Source of the DNA: a virus | Lineage: Duplodnaviria > Caudoviricetes | Virus record (IMG/VR): IMGVR_UViG_3300035158_000865 | Location: 1 to 52,778 of that record | Length of the DNA: 52,778 nt | Direction: 5' to 3' (one strand) | In this document: positions 1 through 8,001 of the stretch, piece after piece | How positions within the stretch are numbered: position 1 is the first letter of the stretch | How the letters are laid out: every line of letters starts with the position of its first letter | Notes under the pieces: generated by a model | What the model was told of the DNA's origin: nothing | The model's database searches: none | Seen by the model: the letters and a program-made list of their open reading frames with translations, nothing else | Position numbers and translations under genes: made by a program

Positions 1-35
1 ATAAATATCCATTTGTTAATTGCTCCTCTATAATT

Positions 36-623
36 TTAGTATATTGGATAGGCTGCAAAGCCCTTAAAGTATGTTTCTCCATCTGTATATTTCTCTGTGG
101 TTCCAAGGTCTGGACCATTCCTTCCACCTGCAGTTATACCTGAATCTGAAGTCAGAGAGAATGCTGATAAGTATCTTCTCACTGTTCCCATGCTTGTTCT
201 AGAAGTCCAACTATTACCAGAATCAGAGTATCTCTCTGTGGTTCCAAGGTCTGAACCATTACTTCCACCTGCAGTTATACCTGAATCTGAGGTTAGGGAG
301 AATGCTGATAATAAATATCTCACTGTTCCCATGCTTGTTCTGGAAGTCCAACTATTACCACCGTCAATATGACCTAACAAACTTGTTAGATCAAGTCTTC
401 CTTCCATTGGAGGTGAACCAGGAAAGAAGTCATCTGGATGAGATACCACATCACCAACAAACTCGTCTCCAAAGTTAGATTGGTAATATCTTGTATCATT
501 CTCTTTTTTATAATTTAAAAGTGATTGTATATAATCCTTCATAGCATCTCCAATTAGAGGTGCTATAAGTTCTGTTCCTTTTCTTGTAAGTTCTCCTTTT
601 AAATCAATACCATAAAAATCCAT
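36..623 (-). CDS. Putative tail-associated protein with two Kelch-like repeats
   Basis: C-terminal half has two 47-aa repeats (NSWTSRTSMGTVR..LSAFSLTSDSGITAGG.NG.DLGTTE.Y) with the Kelch-type GG...Y...W pattern; N-terminus MDFYGIDLKGEL resembles that of the neighbouring ORF. Confidence 0.6.
   Translation of the reverse strand: MDFYGIDLKGELTRKGTELIAPLIGDAMKDYIQSLLNYKKENDTRYYQSNFGDEFVGDVVSHPDDFFPGSPPMEGRLDLTSLLGHIDGGNSWTSRTSMGTVRYLLSAFSLTSDSGITAGGSNGSDLGTTERYSDSGNSWTSRTSMGTVRRYLSAFSLTSDSGITAGGRNGPDLGTTEKYTDGETYFKGFAAYPIY
92..360. repeat. Two direct repeats with 141-bp period (92-219 and 233-360)
   Basis: About 128 alignable bp with roughly 11 differences, read directly. Confidence 0.95.
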
Positions 624-636
624 AGTTATAAACTCC

Positions 637-1272
637 TTAACCGGCTACTGTTATTTTTAAATTCACTGTATTTACTGGCATATAAACTTCTAATGTATTA
701 TTATCTATCAATTTTACTTTTTTAGGGACTATACTTTCGTTATTACTATTATTAAAACAACTCCATGAAATTCCGCTTGTACCTAAACTATGTGTTACTG
801 TGCTTACATAATCATCTCCACTAGGTGACCATGAATTAACTACTGTGGTATAACCACCACCAGTACCCACTTCTTTCCATTCATTTGCATCTCTATAATA
901 TAAAATCTCTTCATCTTCAGCATAAACAACTAAACCTTCAATACCTGTAGGCGCTGCAGAAAGTGTTGAGTAACTTCTTATACCATATCCACCACCAACA
1001 CTTAGCTCTTTCCATTCTCCACTATCTGCATAATATAATTTTTCTTCATCTTCAGCATAAACAACTCTGCCTTCATCACCAGAAGTATAGGTTGGTAGTG
1101 TGGATAATATTGTAGCACCAGCACTTGACCATCCAAATGCTGTACCTACATACATTGTATCTGTATCCTCATCATATAATATTCTACCTTCATCAACTGC
1201 TTGCCATGTAGGTAGTCCAGATACTCTTTGAATCTTTAATTTACCACGCATATCAACATTATGGAATTTCAT
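637..1272 (-). CDS. Tail fibre-associated protein with three short repeats
   Basis: Three LPT..../EGR.VYAEDEE.LYY....W units; C-terminal TVTHSLG...PKKVKLIDNNTLEV module like that ending the 1508-aa fibre. Confidence 0.6.
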   Translation of the reverse strand: MKFHNVDMRGKLKIQRVSGLPTWQAVDEGRILYDEDTDTMYVGTAFGWSSAGATILSTLPTYTSGDEGRVVYAEDEEKLYYADSGEWKELSVGGGYGIRSYSTLSAAPTGIEGLVVYAEDEEILYYRDANEWKEVGTGGGYTTVVNSWSPSGDDYVSTVTHSLGTSGISWSCFNNSNNESIVPKKVKLIDNNTLEVYMPVNTVNLKITVAG

Positions 1273-1281
1273 TTTTTCATA

Positions 1282-1395
1282 ACCCCTTTAGATTTTTACT
1301 TGTTTTGGAGTCCTCAGTCTGTGCTTATGGTTCAAAAGAGGCGAGTGATAAACCATAGCCAGTGACAAGAAGTATCACTGTCAGAACCTAAGAAC
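1282..1395 (-). promoter_or_regulatory. Structured 5' leader (multi-helix junction) upstream of ORF 637-1272
   Basis: Minus-strand helices GTTCTTAG/CTGAGGAC, TCTG/CAGA, CAGTGA/TCACTG, GCTATGGTTTA/TGAACCATAAGC; loop CCTCTTT is complementary to the SD AAAGGGG. Confidence 0.6.
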
Positions 1396-1405
1396 TATCT
1401 ACTGT

Positions 1406-1413
1406 TATTTATA
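1406..1413 (-). promoter_or_regulatory. T4-type late promoter TATAAATA
   Basis: Exact T4 gp55 consensus, just downstream of a terminator and upstream of the structured leader. Confidence 0.65.
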
Positions 1414-1414
1414 T

Positions 1415-1451
1415 AAAAAAGGCCATCCATAAAAATTATATGGATGGCCTT
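1415..1451 (-). terminator. Rho-independent terminator of the 1508-aa fibre gene
   Basis: 12-bp stem AGGCCATCCATA/TATGGATGGCCT followed by a T run on the minus strand. Confidence 0.85.
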
Positions 1452-1466
1452 ATTACATTAATACTA

Positions 1467-4400
1467 TTAGAATCCTATTATTACTACTCTTCCTGATACT
1501 TCATCCGTACCAAAATCAATATATACTTGATCATTACTATTAGCTTTTACTTGATCAGGAACAATTACTTCTGCATCTGCTCCTGTACCATTCCAACATT
1601 GTACTATAATATCATAAGTTGATAAATTATGATCAACCGTCCACGAAGTTGCTGCTGCTGTTACAGTTTCACTATGTGTAATTGTGGTTGCGTTAGCATC
1701 AACATAAGTTTTAACTGCTTGTTCTGTTGGTACTGCATTATCAGAATCACCTGCTAGTGTTCCGTCCGTAGAGAACTCACTAACTCTTGTACCAGCTGTA
1801 AATGAAAGACCACTTGCATTCCAAGTAGCTATATCAGAACCATCTGCTGATACTGTTATTGTTCCTGTACCTGTATCATCTACAAATACTCCAGAGTCAC
1901 CTTCATAGATACTATTTACAGAAAGTCCGGCCAATTCATTATCAACATAAGCTTTTACTGCTTGTTCTGTTGGAACAGCGTCATCAGAATCGCCTGCTAG
2001 TGTATCATCTGTAGAGAACTCATTTATTGATGTACCATTTGTTAGAATTAATGTACTTAGTGATAGTGCTGTACTCTTATCTGTCAACTCAGTTTCAGTA
2101 AAATACCTATTATCTAATTGACCATTATCAAGTTCTGTTTCTGTATAATATCTATCATCATGATTATGAACTGAGTCTGCATAAGCTGTATGAGTATGTC
2201 CTGGATCACTTCCACTTGTTACATTAGCTCCTTCAACTGTTGTTGCTGACATGGTTCCGACTACATTTACACCACTATTTGTTGTATTAAGTTTTTTAGA
2301 ACCATTATAATATATCTCTACTTGCTGATTAGCAACAAATCCTATTGCTGTCTTAGAGTTACCTCTCAAATAGAAAGCCTCTCCATCAGCACTGTCAATA
2401 TAATTATGGGTACCATCATGATAAAGGATAAGATCGGAATCTGAACCTAACCGTACTTCGTTATTATCATCCCAAGTAGTATTGGCAGATACAGAATCAT
2501 CCAAATCTGACCTTAAAAAACTAGTTGAATCTAAATTATCAAGTTTATCAGAATCAGCTGCTTTATCTCCAATTCCAAGATAAGTAGAATCATGGTTATG
2601 TAATGATGTTTCACCACCATCAGTCAAATTATTATATTCTGTTTGTGTCAAATGGTAATAATTTGATGAATTAAGATCAGATAAATTAGTATGGTTAACA
2701 GTAGAACCAAGTTTTACCCAATTAGAACCATTATACGTATATTGTATATCTTCATCTTCAACCCAAGTTGCCATACCTTCACTTGCTGAAGTTTCTACCC
2801 ATGTGGTTCCATCCCATTCATAGATGTTATTTTCTGTCCAACCACCAGCTGTAGAGGTTGCTATATATCTATTTCCTGTTACTTCTGATGCTGAACCTTC
2901 ATCAGTTCTATCTAACACACTATCTTGCCAATCAAGACCTTGTACTAAACCATCAACATAGGATTTTGTGGTCAAATGTCCATCAGAAGTTGGTGAAATA
3001 CCTGCTATTGTACCTGTAAATGCTCTTGTACCATCAACACGAATATATTGTGTATGATCATCATTTCCAAGGTTAGAAATTGAACTATGGTCAATTCCAC
3101 TATCTTTTACTGTTACAGCTCCACCACTTACTTCAAAGTCGCTTGTATCAAATGATGCTATACCCTTTGTGGTTGTTGTTGCATCAATATAGATACCACT
3201 ATCTAGTTGGTTAGCTGCTACTCTTTCATAGCTTGTACCATCAGGCATATCATCCAAGTTAACTTGTCCTGCACCTGAACCCCAATCAATATGACTATCT
3301 TTTACAGTGTCATTAGCATCCTGAATTGCTCCAACTTCTGAATAAGTTAAAGCATCTGCATAAGTCTTAACTGCCTTTTCTGTTGGTACTGCATTATCAG
3401 AATCATCTGCTAATGTTCCATCTGTTGAGAACTCATTAATATTTGTTCCAGAAGACATTGTAAGACCATTGGCATTCCATGTTCCAACAATATTTCCGTC
3501 TGCCGATACTGTTATTGTTCCTGTTCCAGAATCATCCACAAATACTCCAGAGTCAACTTCATAGATACTATTTACAGATAGACCAGCTAATTCATTATCT
3601 ACATAAGCCTTTACTGCTTGTTCTGTTGGTACTACTGAATCAGAATCACCTGCTAATGTATCATCTGTTGAAAATTCATCTATTGTAACACCATTGACTA
3701 ATCCTACTGCACTTAGTGCTAAGGTCAAAGAATTATTTGTTAATTCGGTCTCAGTAAAGTACATATCATCATGTGTATGTGTTGAAACTTCACCTGTAAG
3801 ACCAAGATTAGTTCTTGCGGTTGCTGCATCATCCAAGTCACTAAGATTATTAGCTTTTTGAAGATACCTATTATCACTTTCAGTCTCAGTAAAGTACATT
3901 CCATTGTGGCTATGTAGTGATGTATCACCACCACCAGTAAGTCCTGTATGTTGTGAGCTTGTTAAGTGATAATATTCGGTAGGAGTACCACCTTGGATAC
4001 CACTCAAGTTATTATGTGTAGAAGTAGAACCGAACGATACCCAACTTACATTGTTATATGTATATTGTACATCTTCATCTTCTACCCAACAAGCCATACC
4101 TTCACTTTTTATTGTAAAATTCCATGATGAACCGTCATATTCTGCTATATCATTTTCATGGCCAGCCCAATCACCTGTAGGACTTGAACCAATGATATAT
4201 CTATCACCAGCAGTTGCTCCTCCTGAAGGCGGAGAAGTAAGGTCTTTATCTAATACACTATCTTGCCAATCAAGACCTTGGACCTTACCATCAACATATT
4301 CTTTTACTGCTTGTTCTGTAGGTAAGGCATCATTAGAATTATCTCCTAAAGTTGTATCAGTAGAAAACTCATTAACCCAAGTACCATTGGCTAGTCTCAT

Positions 4401-5993
4401 ACCATTTGGACCAACTTGTGCTCTCCAAGTACCATTGGTTACAATACCAAGAATATCACTTCCTGCATCATAAAGTCCAGTAACACTAGAACCAACACCA
4501 ACACTAGGATTACTTTCCGTACCGGATATACCTGATGCTATACCATAACCATTAAACTCACCTGTTTTAACTCCGTCAGAAACAAGACCTACTCTACCAC
4601 TAGATATTCTATAAAGACCTGTATCATCGTTATCGGTAAATGCTAGACCAGGTGAACCTATAGTACCATCACCAAAATGAATACTACCTGATGTTTCTAG
4701 ATTCTCTGTTGTATCCTTCCAGTTAATATGTTCATCTGTATCATAATTTGTTAAACTATCATGGTCAATATCAGTAGTCAAATTATGTGTATTTGTTAAA
4801 CTATCATGGTCAATATCAGTGGTCAAATTATGTGTATTTGTTAAACTATCATGGTCAATTCCACTATCTTCTATTGTTACATGTCCAGATGATAAATTGA
4901 AATCACTTGATTCAAATGAAGCAACACCTTTATTAGCAGAACCTGCTCCTTCTGCTGCATCTTCTGTATCAATAGTTAGAGTATCAGAACCATCTTCATA
5001 TGTTAAGTCTATTCCCTCTCCTGCTACGAGAAGGTTATTTACTCTATCATCAACCTTTTCATCTGTATAATATTCATTTGTACCTTCAGGTATATCAGAT
5101 GTATCAACTTGTCCTGCACCTGAACCCCAATCAATATGACTATCTTTTACAGTGTCATTAGCATCCTGAATTGCTCCTGCATCTGAATAGTCTATATTAT
5201 GTGGATTACCTGTTGTGTTTCCAACGTGAGTATCAAGAGTACTACCATCTGCTGAAACATCTCTACCATCAACAGTTCCTTCCGTAGTAATGTTACCACT
5301 TGCACCATCAATTCTTGCAACTTCTGTACTGCCGGCATCAGAATATACTGCTAAATCTGCTCCATCATGTAAATTAGCCGTAGAAGTCTCACCACCAAGT
5401 AAAAAATATTGTGTATGATCATCATCTCCAAGACCTTGGAGTTGACCATGGTCCATGGTACTACCAAATCTTACCCAATTTGAACCATTATAAACATACA
5501 GAATATTTTCATCTTCAACCCAAGTTGCCATACCTTCGTTTTTAGCAGTGAAGTCCCATCCGGAACCATTATACTCGGCAATATTTCCATCTTGTCCGTT
5601 CCAGTCACCTGTGGCACTAGGAGCAACAATATATCTATCTCCTGTTGATTCACCACCTGGTGGTGCTGTCAAATCTTGGTCAATTACTGAATCTTGCCAA
5701 TCAAGTCCTTGTGCTACTGAATCTACATAAGATTTTCTTGCGGCATCGTTACTTGAGGAAGGACTTCCTAGGTTAGTTATTTTATTACCGTCAGCATTTA
5801 AATCGGAGCCTAATATTGCTCCACTATCTAAATCAACATTATCATTAAAAATAACTCCTCCACTTACTGCTGTTGAAGAAGCACTTACGGATAATGATGA
5901 TCCGTCAAATTTAAGTTTGGCGTCATCTGAATCACCAAAGGTAACTTGTTGGTTATCTTTTAGTTTCAGATCACCACTTCTAAATTTAGCCAT
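1467..5993 (-). CDS. Long tail fibre-like protein (1508 aa) with three DUF2793-like domains
   Basis: Three QGLDWQDSV...G(D/N)RYI...W....GMA.WVEDE units; five EFSTD.TL..(D/N)S...(V/L)PTE.AVK.Y units; H.H metal-binding motifs (HSH, HTH, HNH); G/S/T/D-rich. Confidence 0.8.
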   Translation of the reverse strand: MAKFRSGDLKLKDNQQVTFGDSDDAKLKFDGSSLSVSASSTAVSGGVIFNDNVDLDSGAILGSDLNADGNKITNLGSPSSSNDAARKSYVDSVAQGLDWQDSVIDQDLTAPPGGESTGDRYIVAPSATGDWNGQDGNIAEYNGSGWDFTAKNEGMATWVEDENILYVYNGSNWVRFGSTMDHGQLQGLGDDDHTQYFLLGGETSTANLHDGADLAVYSDAGSTEVARIDGASGNITTEGTVDGRDVSADGSTLDTHVGNTTGNPHNIDYSDAGAIQDANDTVKDSHIDWGSGAGQVDTSDIPEGTNEYYTDEKVDDRVNNLLVAGEGIDLTYEDGSDTLTIDTEDAAEGAGSANKGVASFESSDFNLSSGHVTIEDSGIDHDSLTNTHNLTTDIDHDSLTNTHNLTTDIDHDSLTNYDTDEHINWKDTTENLETSGSIHFGDGTIGSPGLAFTDNDDTGLYRISSGRVGLVSDGVKTGEFNGYGIASGISGTESNPSVGVGSSVTGLYDAGSDILGIVTNGTWRAQVGPNGMRLANGTWVNEFSTDTTLGDNSNDALPTEQAVKEYVDGKVQGLDWQDSVLDKDLTSPPSGGATAGDRYIIGSSPTGDWAGHENDIAEYDGSSWNFTIKSEGMACWVEDEDVQYTYNNVSWVSFGSTSTHNNLSGIQGGTPTEYYHLTSSQHTGLTGGGDTSLHSHNGMYFTETESDNRYLQKANNLSDLDDAATARTNLGLTGEVSTHTHDDMYFTETELTNNSLTLALSAVGLVNGVTIDEFSTDDTLAGDSDSVVPTEQAVKAYVDNELAGLSVNSIYEVDSGVFVDDSGTGTITVSADGNIVGTWNANGLTMSSGTNINEFSTDGTLADDSDNAVPTEKAVKTYADALTYSEVGAIQDANDTVKDSHIDWGSGAGQVNLDDMPDGTSYERVAANQLDSGIYIDATTTTKGIASFDTSDFEVSGGAVTVKDSGIDHSSISNLGNDDHTQYIRVDGTRAFTGTIAGISPTSDGHLTTKSYVDGLVQGLDWQDSVLDRTDEGSASEVTGNRYIATSTAGGWTENNIYEWDGTTWVETSASEGMATWVEDEDIQYTYNGSNWVKLGSTVNHTNLSDLNSSNYYHLTQTEYNNLTDGGETSLHNHDSTYLGIGDKAADSDKLDNLDSTSFLRSDLDDSVSANTTWDDNNEVRLGSDSDLILYHDGTHNYIDSADGEAFYLRGNSKTAIGFVANQQVEIYYNGSKKLNTTNSGVNVVGTMSATTVEGANVTSGSDPGHTHTAYADSVHNHDDRYYTETELDNGQLDNRYFTETELTDKSTALSLSTLILTNGTSINEFSTDDTLAGDSDDAVPTEQAVKAYVDNELAGLSVNSIYEGDSGVFVDDTGTGTITVSADGSDIATWNASGLSFTAGTRVSEFSTDGTLAGDSDNAVPTEQAVKTYVDANATTITHSETVTAAATSWTVDHNLSTYDIIVQCWNGTGADAEVIVPDQVKANSNDQVYIDFGTDEVSGRVVIIGF
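4747..4859. repeat. 45-bp coding tandem repeat, about 2.5 copies (IDHDSLTNTHNLTTD)
   Basis: Near-identical copies visible in DNA and protein. Confidence 0.95.
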
Positions 5994-6021
5994 ATCTTTA
6001 CCTCCATCTAGATACTAGACC

Positions 6022-6045
6022 GCCTATCCGCATGTACGGATAGGC
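6022..6045. promoter_or_regulatory. GC-rich hairpin in the leader of the 1508-aa fibre gene
   Basis: 9-bp stem GCCTATCCG/CGGATAGGC with no T tail, about 16 nt upstream of the GGAGG SD. Confidence 0.5.
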
Positions 6046-6077
6046 CGAGTCAAGATCGCTATTTCCTTATTTTATTT

Positions 6078-7028
6078 TTAATCGTGTTCTGCTCTCCATT
6101 CTAATACATAGTTACCTGAATCCATTTCACCAGAAAATGTCATGGTGAATCCACTAGCATCTTTAGATGAGATTATATAACTATATATTGAAGGAGGAGA
6201 ATCACTTGTGTTTGTCAAAGTACCAACTAATGTATAATTAGCATCTGAAAATGCTGTACCAAAAGTAACCGATACATCTGAATCATTTAGACTCAATGAC
6301 TCCCTACCTTTCCTTACATTAGAAGGATTAACAGTGTTATTATCTACGTATTCTTTTATTGCATATTCAGTTACACATGCAGCAGTGCTAGCTGAAGAAA
6401 GAGTGGTGTCATTAGATATTTCTGAAATAGGGTCACCACTTTGTAATATCAGGTTGCCAACTATCTCTACATCTTGACCTGAATTACCAAGATTAAGTTT
6501 ACCTGATGTTCCAGCTCTTACAGTTATATCTTGACCTGAATCACTTTGAATTAGTATATTACCACCATCTTCTTGTAGTAATTCAGTATTGTTTACCCAT
6601 AATGAACCTGCACCAGTATGAACTTCTTCAGCCCATAAATGAGCTAGTCTTTGTCCAGATGCTCCAATGCTATGTACTGAAACATTACCCGAACCACCTG
6701 TCATATCAGGTAGGATGTCAGACTTAATATCAAGTCCACTACTATCCCACCTTGCAACTTCACTACCGTCAACTTCTACTGCTATATAACCTGAACCAGT
6801 ATCAACAACTTCAACTTTTGAATCGCCTTCAGTTATCTTATCTGCTCCACCTGTAACTGTTGAATCTACATAATCTTTTGTAGCTAAATGGTTGTTTAAA
6901 GTAGGTGTGGAACCACTCACAGGCTGAGAATATGAACCATTCTGAAAATGTCCTGAACCCCAGCGTTTGCTAAGTGTACCAATCCCACCTTCACCATTAA
7001 CTCTAGGGACGATACTTCTTGTTGACAT
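6078..7028 (-). CDS. Tail fibre-related protein
   Basis: HLATKDYVD motif, a degenerate EISNDTTL...VTEYAIKEYVD unit and a C-terminal VTFGTAFSDANY beta domain; N-terminus shared with the next ORF. Confidence 0.65.
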   Translation of the reverse strand: MSTRSIVPRVNGEGGIGTLSKRWGSGHFQNGSYSQPVSGSTPTLNNHLATKDYVDSTVTGGADKITEGDSKVEVVDTGSGYIAVEVDGSEVARWDSSGLDIKSDILPDMTGGSGNVSVHSIGASGQRLAHLWAEEVHTGAGSLWVNNTELLQEDGGNILIQSDSGQDITVRAGTSGKLNLGNSGQDVEIVGNLILQSGDPISEISNDTTLSSASTAACVTEYAIKEYVDNNTVNPSNVRKGRESLSLNDSDVSVTFGTAFSDANYTLVGTLTNTSDSPPSIYSYIISSKDASGFTMTFSGEMDSGNYVLEWRAEHD

Positions 7029-7049
7029 TTATTTTCCTCCCAACCTGTA

Positions 7050-7310
7050 TTAAGTTAATTCTACTTTTACTTGATCTCCAGAACCTCTCCTGAAAATTAT
7101 GTATACTTTATTGCTATCGTTAGTATCTATCCACATAGCCAACTTGTTATCTGTATCTAATGTTGGTTCTGAATCCTGTGAATATACTATAATAGTCAAT
7201 TCACCACCTACATTCATGTCACCACTAAAATTACCTTTTTTCCATCTTTTAGTTGCTGTACCAATTTCACCTTCGGTATCATTTCTTGGTACAAAGTTTC
7301 TTGTAGGCAT
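7050..7310 (-). CDS. Small tail fibre-associated protein
   Basis: MPTRNFVPRNDTEGEIGTATKRW parallels MSTRSIVPRVNGEGGIGTLSKRW; GGAG SD. Confidence 0.6.
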   Translation of the reverse strand: MPTRNFVPRNDTEGEIGTATKRWKKGNFSGDMNVGGELTIIVYSQDSEPTLDTDNKLAMWIDTNDSNKVYIIFRRGSGDQVKVELT

Positions 7311-7322
7311 ATTTTATCTCCT

Positions 7323-7934
7323 TTATACAAATGATCCGCCATTTACTCTTTCTAATTTAGGCATCACATTACCGTCGTCATCAATTTCAAAATCAGCGTC
7401 TATTTCACCATCTTCAGTTAATGTTATCTCGTCTGGATTATTAACCAAGTCAATGTCAAATATAAATTTAGAGCCACTAAATGGCATAAGATTATCATCT
7501 TCATCGGTCTCAAATAAATCTGCTTCTAATGATAATTCATCTACATAATTTTTTGTTGCAGCATCAAATGATCCGGAGGGTGTATTCAAATTGGTTAAAT
7601 TATATCCACCCATTGATTGATTAGCTTCAAAATCTCTAGAACCATCCTTCAATATAGCACCACTCGTTTCCTCTGTTACAAGGTTATCTACATAATCTTT
7701 ATTTGTTAAATGATCACTAGCGGTGGGTGCTACTGAGGATAAAATGTTTCCATCGTTATATTGTAGGTTATTATTAGATAATAAGTTCCAGCTAGTAGAT
7801 AAAAGAGACTTACCAAGACCGTTGCCAACATAGAGGCGCTTTGTATCTGTAGTAAATGCCATTTCACCTAAACTAAGTGAGCCGGCATCTAATTGTGACT
7901 GCGTACCTCTTTTTATCTTTATTATTTGGGCCAT
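7323..7934 (-). CDS. Tail fibre protein with Mtd-N/hyaluronidase-type N-terminal domain
   Basis: IKIKRGT...LSLGEMAFTTDTKRLYVGNG; DAATKNYVD; C-terminal NGGSF. Confidence 0.7.
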   Translation of the reverse strand: MAQIIKIKRGTQSQLDAGSLSLGEMAFTTDTKRLYVGNGLGKSLLSTSWNLLSNNNLQYNDGNILSSVAPTASDHLTNKDYVDNLVTEETSGAILKDGSRDFEANQSMGGYNLTNLNTPSGSFDAATKNYVDELSLEADLFETDEDDNLMPFSGSKFIFDIDLVNNPDEITLTEDGEIDADFEIDDDGNVMPKLERVNGGSFV

Positions 7935-7950
7935 AATTAGTTTCTCCTGG

Positions 7951-7983
7951 AAAAGGTACTCCCCTACAATAGAGGAGTACCTT
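7951..7983 (-). terminator. Hairpin, probable terminator or attenuator
   Basis: 10-bp stem AAGGTACTCC/GGAGTACCTT with a short T tail, between two fibre genes. Confidence 0.6.
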
Positions 7984-8001
7984 ATTTCTAGAATTTACTT
8001 A

